A stretch of 10,882 bases of DNA from Oscillospiraceae bacterium (lineage in GTDB: Bacteria > Bacillota > Clostridia > Oscillospirales > Ruminococcaceae). The notes beneath the pieces are model-generated. The model made no database searches, was not told the origin of the DNA, and worked only from the letters and a program-made list of their open reading frames with translations. The translations under genes and the position numbers were made by a program. The DNA lies in contig JALELV010000026.1 of assembly GCA_022768545.1 (NCBI GenBank), forward strand, positions 1-10,882. Direction: 5' to 3'. Shown piece after piece: positions 1 through 7,125 of this stretch (the first letter of the stretch is position 1; each line of letters opens with the position of its first letter).

Positions 1-44
1 CGGAAAGGCGCGGAGCAAAGCCTCCGAATCTTTCCGGTGTTTTT
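1..44 (+). terminator. Rho-independent terminator of an upstream plus-strand gene, truncated at the window edge
   Basis: cggaaag (1-7) pairs with ctttccg (30-36), with an inner ggag/ctcc stem, and is followed by gtgttttt (37-44). Confidence 0.45.
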
Positions 45-45
45 C

Positions 46-74
46 TGTGAGAACAGGCCCGAATATGCTACAAT
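46..74 (+). promoter_or_regulatory. Candidate extended -10 promoter (TGcTACAAT) upstream of the sigma-factor leader
   Basis: TG at 66-67 and TACAAT at 69-74. The -35 is poor (tgtgag at 46-51), so this is a weak call. It would give a ~280-nt GC-rich leader before the sigma start at 363. Confidence 0.3.
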
Positions 75-362
75 AAGTACGGAACTGAAAGGCATACCGG
101 GGCCCTGCCGACAGGGCCTTTGCAGGGAGAAAAAGAACAAGCTGTTTTGATATGTATACCGGCGCCGGGTGCCTTTACAGCCTCAAAAAAGCGGAACGGG
201 GCGCGGGCTTCATCAGCGGTGAGGGCCGGGATACAGGATGCGGCGGGCGGCACTGGGCCGGATGCGAGCCTGCCCCGGGGCTCAAATACCGCGATCAATT
301 ATTCTGCCGCGCGACCGGCAAAGGCGCTTTTACGTCTTTACAGGCAGGAGAGGAGGGGGAAA

Positions 363-914
363 ATGGAGGATCTTCAGATTATAGAGCTCTACTGGCAGCG
401 CTCCGAACACGCGGTGGAGGAGACGGCGTGCAAATATGGGGGGTATTTGAACCAGATCTCCTATCAGATCCTGCGGGATCCGCAGGACGCCGAGGAGTGC
501 GTGGGAGATACCTATCTGCACGCATGGAACGCCATTCCGCCCCAGCGCCCCGGCGCTTTCCGCAGCTGGCTGGGGCGCATTGCCCGGAACCTTTCCCTGG
601 ACAGGTTCCGGGCCCGGCGGGCTCAAAAGCGCGGCGGGGAGGGGACGGAGCTTTTGCTCTCCGAGCTGGAGCAGTGCATCCCCTCGGGGGAAAGGGACTG
701 GGAGGAACGGGAACTGGCGCAGCTGCTGGACAGCTTTCTGCGCGGCCGGACGGAAATTGCCCGGCTGATCTTTCTGCGGCGCTACTGGTACGGCGACGAT
801 ATCCGGCAGATGGCAGAACGCTTTTCGGTGGGGGAGAGCTATATAAAATCCAGCCTCTTCCGCACCCGGAAGGCCCTTCGGCAGTACCTAGAAAAGGAGG
901 GGGTGTCCCTGTGA
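363..914 (+). CDS. RNA polymerase sigma-70 factor, ECF subfamily
   Basis: The product begins MEDLQIIELYWQRSEHAVEE and has a region-2 pattern (DAEECVGDTYLHAW) and a region-4 HTH (EIARLIFLRRYWYGDDIRQMAERFSVGESYIKSSLFRTRKAL). There is a strong SD GGAGAGGAGGGGG 5-8 nt upstream of the ATG at 363. The in-frame upstream extension to the ATG at 120 is low-complexity and has no SD, so I chose 363. Confidence 0.85.
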   Translation: MEDLQIIELYWQRSEHAVEETACKYGGYLNQISYQILRDPQDAEECVGDTYLHAWNAIPPQRPGAFRSWLGRIARNLSLDRFRARRAQKRGGEGTELLLSELEQCIPSGERDWEERELAQLLDSFLRGRTEIARLIFLRRYWYGDDIRQMAERFSVGESYIKSSLFRTRKALRQYLEKEGVSL

Positions 915-2557
915 ACGCGGAAAAGCTTCTCTATGCCCTGGGAGATATCGGGGATGACCTGATCGAGCAGGCGGAGGACCGGCGCCCGGCACGGCGCACC
1001 GCCTTAAAATGGACGGCGGCCGCGGCGGGGCTTTTGCTGGCGGCCGGCCTTGGGATATGGGGCGTGCGTCTGCTGCCATTTTTCGGCGGCGCCACCGCGG
1101 GTGCAGGCGGCGAGGGCGCAGAGAGCGGCTCCAGCGTTTTTATGTCCTACGGCGGGCCGGTGTTCCCCCTGGATGTTTTGGAGGAAACGCCCGGGCTTTC
1201 AGCCTCCCGGGAGCTTTTGTACGACTTTTCCCCCTGGGACCCGGTATGGGTCTCCAACGAGCAGCAGCTGGCGGGGAGGAATGACCTGACGCCGGAGGAG
1301 CGGCGGGAATATGAAGAAGACCTGCAGCGCTGGTTCCCGGAGGGGGGGGATGAGCAGACCAGCACCGACCTGCTGGTGACCGACCGATACACTCTGGAGA
1401 ATTCCTCCGGGCAGGAGGCCGCCGTGACGGCTGTGTACCCTTTTACCGGCAGCTTCCAGAATCTTTCTGAGCTGACACCGGAGATTTTGACAAACGGACG
1501 GGGCGCCGGGGCAGAGCTCCTTGCCGGGGGCTACAGCGGCGGGTTTGCCGGTGCTGTCGGCGGGGAAGAAGATTCGGAGGAGCGGCTGAACCTGCAAAAC
1601 CTGGACAGCTGGGTGGGGTATTGGAACCTGTTAAAAAGCGGGGAGTACCGAGAGGACGCCCTGAGGGAGAAGGATTTCGGGCAGCTGCCCGTGACAGTAT
1701 ATAAGTTTGACGCCTGGAGCGCCCCCCACGAAGAATACCCCGCCGCCACCCAGGCCATAAGCTTTACAGTGGACGCCGAAAAGACCCGGGTGCTCACTTA
1801 CGGCTTTGAGGGCCTCGAGTGGGACAGCGACACCGGTTTTCAGCGGCACAGCTACTTTGTCCCGGACGGGATGCGCCGGAGTACGGAGACAAAGCTCCTT
1901 GCCGTGGTGGGGGAGGACATTGGGCAATACGCCCTGCAGGGCTACCAGAACGGTGGCTGCGAGGCGGGGGAGGAAATTGACGGGGTCTCCTGCACCGTCA
2001 CCCGGTACGAAAGTACCCTTCGGGAGCTTCTGGAGAGTTTGACAGAGGAATATCTGCGGGAGTACACCGATGACAGCCGCGGAAAGATCGTGGAGCAACA
2101 GCGGATTTTTGACCTGTATGTGGACGCGGAGGAGGAGTTGCTGCGCCGCTATGGGCTGCTCTCCGAAAACGGGGCGGAACGCTACGATACCGGCAGGCTG
2201 GAGGACGTCATCTCCGAGACCGGGAGCCAGCAGAGGGTGTTTTACCAGGCGTTCAAAGTGAAGATCCCGGCGGGGGGCAGCACTGTGGTGACCGCCCGGA
2301 TGACCAAATACGCCAGTTACGATTTTTACTGCTCCGGCTCGGAGAACCGGGGGATATACGGCTACGACATGGTGACGCAGCTGGGCAGCGGGCTTGCGTT
2401 TGGGCAGATAGAGGCGCAGCTGCTTCATACAGAGCAGCTGGAGATCGTCCGGCAGAACTACGGCTTTGACCTGGGCTCCGGCATCACCCGGGTGAGCATT
2501 GACCCGGCGCAGCAGCACTGCTATCTGGAGGTGCGCCGGGCACAGCGAGGGGACTGA
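911..2557 (+). CDS. Membrane-anchored anti-sigma-factor-like protein with a single TM helix and a ~450-aa extracytoplasmic domain of unknown fold
   Basis: The GTG start at 911 overlaps the sigma stop (GTGA, 911-914) and has the SD AAAAGGAGGGGG at 893-903. The N-terminus VNAEKLLYALGDIGDDLIEQAED matches the conserved N-motif of Firmicutes anti-sigma proteins encoded next to ECF sigmas. A single hydrophobic helix (WTAAAAGLLLAAGLGIWGV) follows, then a long acidic, Gly-rich extracellular domain. Confidence 0.65.
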   Translation: MNAEKLLYALGDIGDDLIEQAEDRRPARRTALKWTAAAAGLLLAAGLGIWGVRLLPFFGGATAGAGGEGAESGSSVFMSYGGPVFPLDVLEETPGLSASRELLYDFSPWDPVWVSNEQQLAGRNDLTPEERREYEEDLQRWFPEGGDEQTSTDLLVTDRYTLENSSGQEAAVTAVYPFTGSFQNLSELTPEILTNGRGAGAELLAGGYSGGFAGAVGGEEDSEERLNLQNLDSWVGYWNLLKSGEYREDALREKDFGQLPVTVYKFDAWSAPHEEYPAATQAISFTVDAEKTRVLTYGFEGLEWDSDTGFQRHSYFVPDGMRRSTETKLLAVVGEDIGQYALQGYQNGGCEAGEEIDGVSCTVTRYESTLRELLESLTEEYLREYTDDSRGKIVEQQRIFDLYVDAEEELLRRYGLLSENGAERYDTGRLEDVISETGSQQRVFYQAFKVKIPAGGSTVVTARMTKYASYDFYCSGSENRGIYGYDMVTQLGSGLAFGQIEAQLLHTEQLEIVRQNYGFDLGSGITRVSIDPAQQHCYLEVRRAQRGD

Positions 2558-2573
2558 CCGGATACAGAGAGAA

Positions 2574-2616
2574 AAAACGCCCGTCTTTGCTTTTGGGGCA
2601 AAGACGGGCGTTTTAA
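2574..2616. terminator. Bidirectional Rho-independent terminator between the convergent anti-sigma and GNAT genes
   Basis: Stem aaacgcccgtctttgc / gcaaagacgggcgttt with loop ttttgggg, flanked by an A-run on the left and a T-run on the right. Confidence 0.7.
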
Positions 2617-2625
2617 CGCGGATAT

Positions 2626-3111
2626 TTACCGGGAAATAAATTCGTAGGCCACGCGGGGGGAGCCGTCCGCCACACGGATGACACCGCAGCAGACAAAGCC
2701 GCTTTTTTCAATGAGGTGCCGCATGACCTTATTGTCGGCGTGGGTATCGATGCGCAGATGCCCGCAGCGGCTTTTGCAGAAGGCAAGGCACCGGCTGAAC
2801 ACCCCTTTTACCGCGCCGTCCCCAGCCACCCGGTGGATGGCGGCGTAGGGCTCATCCGAGAGCCAAGCCCCGTTTTCCACGGCGGCATAGGTGGGGTCAT
2901 CCCCAAAGATGAGGGCGAAGGCACCGTGCACCCCGCCCGCCTCCTCCAGAACATAGAGGTGCCCGGCGAGGATGTCCTCTTTTAAAAGGGAATCGGGCGG
3001 GTACCCGCCCGCCCACTGGGTGGGGTTTCCGTTTTGCTGCATAAACTGCCGCGCCGCGCCGTAGACGGACAAAAGCGCGGGCAGATCCTGCATCTCTGCG
3101 GGACGTATCAT
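2626..3111 (-). CDS. GNAT-family N-acetyltransferase
   Basis: The 161-aa product carries the GNAT acetyl-CoA motif context (AAIHRVAGDGAVKGVFSRCLAFCKSRCGHLRIDTHADNKVMRHLIEKSGF). The SD AGGAGG lies 6 nt upstream of the ATG at 3111. The gene sits 28 bp downstream of DegV on the same strand. Confidence 0.85.
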   Translation of the reverse strand: MIRPAEMQDLPALLSVYGAARQFMQQNGNPTQWAGGYPPDSLLKEDILAGHLYVLEEAGGVHGAFALIFGDDPTYAAVENGAWLSDEPYAAIHRVAGDGAVKGVFSRCLAFCKSRCGHLRIDTHADNKVMRHLIEKSGFVCCGVIRVADGSPRVAYEFISR

Positions 3112-3139
3112 GATGGCATGCTCCTCCTTTCAGAGCCGG

Positions 3140-3982
3140 TCATTTTCGGATAAACAGAATGCCTAAGGTGCTGGGGCCGCAGTGGCAGGAGATGGTGCAC
3201 CCGGCCTCGGTCTCAAAGGTCTCGGTAAAGTCTGCCGAGGAGGCCACCGCCTCCCGCACCGCTGTCAGGACGTTTTCGGCGGTGGGGGTGTGGGTGATAA
3301 AGACCATATCCTTCTGAAGATCCGTCCGCTCGGCCAGGCGCTCCCGGGCATACTGGCGGATGCATTTTTCAAAAGAGCCCCGGTATTTTTTGCCCACGGC
3401 CATCTTTCCGTCCTTTACCTCGATGCAGGGCTTCAGGCTCAGCAGGTTTGCCCCCAGGGCGGCCACGGCGGAGCAGCGCCCGCCCTTGCGCATGTAGTCC
3501 AGGCGGTCCAGCAGGAAGCTTGCCTCCACTTTGGGGGTGATGGCGTTTAAACGGCGGACGATCTCTTCGGCGGGCAGGCCCTGCTGCGCCATACGGGCGG
3601 CACAGAGCACCACAAGTCCCTGGCCGGTGGAGAGATTTGCGGAATCCACCGCGTACACATTGGCAAACTCCGCGGCGGCGGCGCGGGCGTTTTGGTGGCA
3701 GGAGGAGAAACCGGCGCCCAGGTTGATATGGATGACCGCGTCGTACTCCGCGCTCAGACCGGAGAAGAACCGGCTGTAATCGTACTGGCTTACGGCGGAG
3801 GTGGTGCAGAGCGCACCGCCCGCGTCCACGTGGGCGAAGATATCCGCGGGGAGAATATCCTCCCCATCCCGGAAAGATACGCCGTCCTTGAGGACATAAA
3901 GCGGGATAACGGCGATGGAATAACGTTGTAACAGCTCCGGCGAGAGATCGCAGGTGCTGTCGGAGGTGATCTTGATGCTCAT
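3140..3982 (-). CDS. DegV-family (EDD-fold, fatty-acid-binding) protein
   Basis: The product begins MSIKITSDSTCDLSPELLQRYSIAVIPLYVLKDGVSFRDGEDI, a typical DegV N-terminus. I placed the start at the ATG at 3982 (SD GGAAAGGAG) rather than the ORF-track 4084 start, whose N-terminal extension is Arg- and Pro-rich and has no SD. Confidence 0.85.
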   Translation of the reverse strand: MSIKITSDSTCDLSPELLQRYSIAVIPLYVLKDGVSFRDGEDILPADIFAHVDAGGALCTTSAVSQYDYSRFFSGLSAEYDAVIHINLGAGFSSCHQNARAAAAEFANVYAVDSANLSTGQGLVVLCAARMAQQGLPAEEIVRRLNAITPKVEASFLLDRLDYMRKGGRCSAVAALGANLLSLKPCIEVKDGKMAVGKKYRGSFEKCIRQYARERLAERTDLQKDMVFITHTPTAENVLTAVREAVASSADFTETFETEAGCTISCHCGPSTLGILFIRK

Positions 3983-4080
3983 ACGGGAGCTCCTTTCCTG
4001 TGGCCTGCGGCAGGGGAGGGGCCGGGGCCCGGGCAGGGCCGTAGCCGGGAACCGCTGCCGCGGCCCTGCTGCGCAAGGCT

Positions 4081-4119
4081 GCAAAAAACGGCCATGTGGG
4101 CCGTCCCCGGCCCACGGCC
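4081..4119 (-). terminator. Intrinsic terminator forming the 3' end of element copy A, 100 nt upstream of the DegV start
   Basis: Read on the minus strand: ggcc-gtgggccg-ggga-cggcccac-at-ggcc, followed by gtttttt. Confidence 0.6.
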
Positions 4120-4195
4120 TTAAAACTCAAGACGCCCGCCCGCAGGAGTGGGCGGATGCGTGTAAAAAGCAGCAGCATAGCTATTATTTTTTATT
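4081..4195 (-). repeat. Copy A of a ~110-nt conserved noncoding element (promoter-proximal T-rich tract, GC hairpin, intrinsic terminator)
   Basis: Copy A is the reverse complement of 10770-10872. A 37-nt block (aaaaaacggccatNtgggccgtccccggcccacggcc) matches at 36/37. A second block (gcccgcccNNNggagtggNcggatNcg) matches at 23/28. Confidence 0.6.
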
Positions 4196-4221
4196 ATACC
4201 TCCGGACAGCGGAAAATTCAA
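4193..4221 (-). promoter_or_regulatory. Near-consensus sigma-A promoter driving element copy A and, by read-through, DegV and GNAT
   Basis: On the minus strand the promoter reads TTGAAT (4221-4216), a 17-nt spacer, then TATAAT (4198-4193). The predicted TSS is near 4186. Confidence 0.6.
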
Positions 4222-4247
4222 TTCCCCCGGGACCTTTCCGCGCATGA

Positions 4248-4288
4248 CAAAAAAACGGCGTCCGGCATGGGTGCTCCATACCGGACGC
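4248..4288 (-). terminator. Rho-independent terminator immediately downstream of the flotillin stop
   Basis: On the minus strand: stem gcgtccgg / ccggacgc with a 15-nt loop, followed by ttttttt (the plus-strand A-run at 4248-4255). Confidence 0.55.
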
Positions 4289-4305
4289 TGCCGAAGGGGT
4301 AAAAC

Positions 4306-5706
4306 TTACTGCTCGGGAGCGGCTTTCTCCGCGCCCGCGTCCCCCTCTTTGGGGGTGCCAAGGTAGGTGGGGAGGTTCATACCGGCCATGCCGAACAAGT
4401 CGTTCATGGGGGGAATGGACTTCATCAGGCTGGAGACGAAGTTGGAGGTACTGCTTTCGCCGTCCTTGCCGTTCATACCGTCCCAGACGGTGATCTTGTC
4501 GATCTTCAGGTTCTTGACAGCCTCCACCTGCACCCGGATCAGATCCTCCATCTTGTCCGCGATCATCAGGCGCACCGCGTCGTTTGCGTCGCCGCCGGCG
4601 GCGCGGACCACCTCTGCCAGACCGGAGGCCTGCTTGGTGAGCATCTCCTCCATACCGCGAGCCTCTGCCTCCATCTTGGCGTAGATGGCGTCGGCTTCAC
4701 CGCGCGCTTTGCGGCGGATCTGCTCGGCTTCGGCTTCCGCCTGAAGCTCCGCCTGTTTCTTTTCAACCTCGGCCTTGACGATGATATCAGCTTCCATCGT
4801 GGCTTTATCCCTGGTGGCACGGGCAAGCTCGGCTTCCTGCTCGGCAGCGTAGGCTTCCTGCAGAGCGCGGGCGGACTGGATCTTCTCCGCAGCCACCGCC
4901 CGGCGCATGGACTCCGCCTCTTTTTCCCGGCGGATGGCGTCGGATTCGGCGATCTCCGCCTTGGCGGTGTTTTCACCCTGGATGGCCTCGGAGTTTGCAA
5001 GTGATACCCGGATGCGCTGGTCCTTGCGGGCGTTGGCCTCGCCGATGGCGCCTTCCCGGTCGGCTTCCGCCACGGAAATCTTGGCGTCGTTGATGGCTTT
5101 GGCCGCGGCCTCTTTACCCAGGGCCACGATATAGCCGGATTCGTCGTTGATGTCGGTGACGTTTACGTTGATCAGACGCAGGCCGATTTTTTTGAGCTCT
5201 GTCTCCACGTTGCTGGAGACGGCGGAGAGAAATTTATCGCGGTCGGTGTTGATCTCTTCGATATCCATGGTGGCGATCACCAGACGCAACTGGCCGAAGA
5301 TGATATCCTTGGCAAGCTCCTGGATCTCGGTGAGCTTGAGTCCTAACAGGCGCTCGGCAGCGTTCTGCATGATGCCCGGCTCGGTGGAGATACCCACGGT
5401 GAAGCGGGAAGGGACGTCGATGCGGATATTCTGGCGGGAAAGGGCGCTGGTCAGGTCCACACTGATGGACAGGGGGGTCAGGTCCAGGTACTCATAAGCC
5501 TGGATGACCGGCCAGATGAAAGCCGCGCCGCCGTGGATGCACTTGGCGGAGCTGGCGGTGCCGTCGGCGTTGTTGCCTACCTTTCCGTAAATGACCATGA
5601 TCTTATCCGAGGGGCATTTGCGGTAGCGGGAAAGCAGCACGATGAAGGTGGTGAACAGCAGCACCACGATGACGGTGATCAGAATTACGGTCGAAAAATC
5701 TCCCAT
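4306..5706 (-). CDS. floT: Flotillin-family protein (SPFH/band-7 domain with an EA-rich coiled-coil); FloT/YuaG-like
   Basis: The 466-aa product has an N-terminal TM segment, an SPFH domain and a long Ala/Glu-rich repeat region (AEQEAELARA...EAEAEQIRRKARGEADAIYAKMEAEARG). The SD AGGAGG lies upstream of the ATG at 5706. Confidence 0.9.
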   Translation of the reverse strand: MGDFSTVILITVIVVLLFTTFIVLLSRYRKCPSDKIMVIYGKVGNNADGTASSAKCIHGGAAFIWPVIQAYEYLDLTPLSISVDLTSALSRQNIRIDVPSRFTVGISTEPGIMQNAAERLLGLKLTEIQELAKDIIFGQLRLVIATMDIEEINTDRDKFLSAVSSNVETELKKIGLRLINVNVTDINDESGYIVALGKEAAAKAINDAKISVAEADREGAIGEANARKDQRIRVSLANSEAIQGENTAKAEIAESDAIRREKEAESMRRAVAAEKIQSARALQEAYAAEQEAELARATRDKATMEADIIVKAEVEKKQAELQAEAEAEQIRRKARGEADAIYAKMEAEARGMEEMLTKQASGLAEVVRAAGGDANDAVRLMIADKMEDLIRVQVEAVKNLKIDKITVWDGMNGKDGESSTSNFVSSLMKSIPPMNDLFGMAGMNLPTYLGTPKEGDAGAEKAAPEQ

Positions 5707-5762
5707 TCAGGTTTCCTCCTAAAAATATTATTCTGCCGGGGTGCCGCCCCGGGGCAAAGCGT

Positions 5763-6359
5763 TTAAGTGTCTGCGGCTGCAGAGACCGGCGCCTTTTCCA
5801 CAATAAGGGTCTGTTTATCCAGCAGGCCGGTCACCCGCACCTGGGTCCCGGAGGGCAGCGCCTCTCCGCCCCGGGTCACGGCGTCCAGTTCACAAAACCG
5901 CTCCTGCAGGGTGAGGTTCACCTTCCCGCAGCCATCGGCTGGGACAGTGAGGTAAACCCTTCCCGTGAGCCCGACGGCGGCTTTCAGATCCAGATTCCCC
6001 GATGCCTGCAGGCGGCTCATGGATTTAAACAGCAGGGCGATGACCACCATAGCCGCCCCGCCGGCCAGAAAGGCCGCCGCCACGGCAAGCGGAGGGTGGG
6101 CTCCGCCGCCCAGAACGATGCCGGTCCAGCCGCCCACGGCGAAGAAAGCCACGATGCCGCGTACCGTAAACAGCGCCAGCCCGTCGCCGGAATCCGGCCC
6201 TTCCATCGCGTCGGGCACGCCGTCCGCGTCTGTATCGGCGCCGTCTCCAAAGCCAAACAGCACCATCACCGACTGGATGGCGAGCACCAGGGTGGCCGGG
6301 ATCGCCAGATAGGCAAAGACCCGCTGCAGAAGGTTTAAGCCCTCCCACCATGCGATCAT
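5763..6359 (-). CDS. NfeD-family membrane protein (YuaF-like) with a C-terminal OB-fold, partner of flotillin
   Basis: The product has N-terminal TM helices, an acidic linker (DGADTDADGVPDAMEGPDSGDG), further TM segments and a C-terminal beta-barrel segment. The SD AGGAGG precedes the ATG at 6359. The ATG overlaps the stop codon of the upstream gene (ATGA, 6356-6359). The gene is followed 56 bp later by flotillin. Confidence 0.85.
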   Translation of the reverse strand: MIAWWEGLNLLQRVFAYLAIPATLVLAIQSVMVLFGFGDGADTDADGVPDAMEGPDSGDGLALFTVRGIVAFFAVGGWTGIVLGGGAHPPLAVAAAFLAGGAAMVVIALLFKSMSRLQASGNLDLKAAVGLTGRVYLTVPADGCGKVNLTLQERFCELDAVTRGGEALPSGTQVRVTGLLDKQTLIVEKAPVSAAADT

Positions 6360-6940
6360 GTCAATTCCTCCTTTTTCTCTGTATTTCTCAGCTGCTCCAG
6401 CGCCGCCTCGGCCTGTCTTTTCCGCATGGCGGAAAGATACGCCGGCAGGATCACCTTCAGCGCGCCGTGCAGCTTCCCCTTGGCTCCTTCCAAATTCTCT
6501 ACATAATCTTCCGTTTGCTGCGCAATGATGGCCTCCATCCGGTTGTCATCCTTTTCCGGGAGGGCCTCCCACGCTTCGATGACCTTACAGATATAGTCAT
6601 AGAGCTTAGATTCCGGAATGATATCATCGGAGCGGTCATTGGCGCTGCCGTTGATATAGGCCATCAAAAAAACTACCTTTTCCAGCTGCATGACATCCCG
6701 CAGCATGTTGATGATCAAAATCCGCGCTACCTGGTCGATATTGTAGCGCTTGTTTACCGGGCTCGACACCCAGCCTCTCTTGATCCAGTTCTGCAGCGCG
6801 GGCGCATCCATTCCGGTGAGCTCCCGCACCTGCGAGAGCATGATGCCGGACGTCACGGAAAAGATGCCTTGTAAAAATTCAAGCCCCGTCTTGTTCTGTT
6901 CGGGAGTCAGGGTGATGTGGGTACCCGGTAACTGCTCCAT
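6356..6940 (-). CDS. MerR-like HTH protein resembling the DUF1836 family; first gene of the NfeD-flotillin operon
   Basis: The start is the ATG at 6940, with SD AAAGGAGGAA and a 6-nt spacer (the ORF-track start at 6970 has no SD). The HTH signature is LSQVRELTGMDAPALQNWIKRGWVSSPVNKRYNIDQVARIL. The DUF1836 family assignment is from memory, not from a search. Confidence 0.7.
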   Translation of the reverse strand: MEQLPGTHITLTPEQNKTGLEFLQGIFSVTSGIMLSQVRELTGMDAPALQNWIKRGWVSSPVNKRYNIDQVARILIINMLRDVMQLEKVVFLMAYINGSANDRSDDIIPESKLYDYICKVIEAWEALPEKDDNRMEAIIAQQTEDYVENLEGAKGKLHGALKVILPAYLSAMRKRQAEAALEQLRNTEKKEELT

Positions 6941-6965
6941 GGTATTCCTCCTTTCGTTTGAATTG

Positions 6966-6994
6966 ATCATATCACAAGTTCATATGAATGTCAA
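6966..6994 (-). promoter_or_regulatory. Sigma-A promoter of the DUF1836-NfeD-flotillin operon
   Basis: On the minus strand: TTGACA (6994-6989), a 17-nt spacer, then TGaTATGAT (extended -10, 6974-6966). Confidence 0.7.
6979..6988. promoter_or_regulatory. Perfect 10-bp palindrome TTCATATGAA inside the promoter spacer; candidate operator
   Basis: The sequence equals its own reverse complement and sits between the -35 and -10 of the operon promoter. The first gene of the operon encodes an HTH protein. Confidence 0.3.
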
Positions 6995-7078
6995 TAGAGT
7001 TCTTTAGAATTTTTAAAAAGCTCAAACGAACCGAAATTTTCCAAACCAGCAGAGGATGTTGGCAGCTTTTGCTTTTAA

Positions 7079-7125
7079 CGGGACGGCCCGGATGGCCGAA
7101 AATAGGCCATGCCTCTTTTTTATCA
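7079..7125 (+). other. Plus-strand terminator-like hairpin with a T-run in the noncoding region upstream of the flotillin operon promoter
   Basis: atggcc-gaaaata-ggccat followed by gcctctttttt. Its orientation is opposite to both flanking genes. Confidence 0.3.

Noticed and set aside
152-910. Upstream portion of the 801-aa plus-strand ORF overlapping the sigma gene in another frame
   Set aside because: The protein-like sequence begins only at the GTG at 911, which has a strong SD and is coupled to the sigma stop. The upstream part is Gly/Arg-rich off-frame translation of the sigma gene.
1631-2518. 295-aa minus-strand ORF inside the anti-sigma gene
   Set aside because: Antisense shadow ORF with no RBS and a low-complexity product.
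3369-4178. 269-aa minus-strand ORF (MLLLFTRIRPLLRAGV...) running through element copy A and overlapping DegV in another frame
   Set aside because: It is extremely Arg/Pro/Gly-rich and low-complexity, which is typical of an off-frame read through GC-rich DNA, and it has no SD. Its first 30 codons coincide with the repeated RNA element. The corresponding frame in copy B shows non-synonymous changes where the RNA hairpins are conserved.
4096-4302. 68-aa plus-strand ORF in the flotillin-DegV intergenic region
   Set aside because: It has no SD, the product is Arg-rich, and it overlaps the repeated RNA element and the flotillin terminator.
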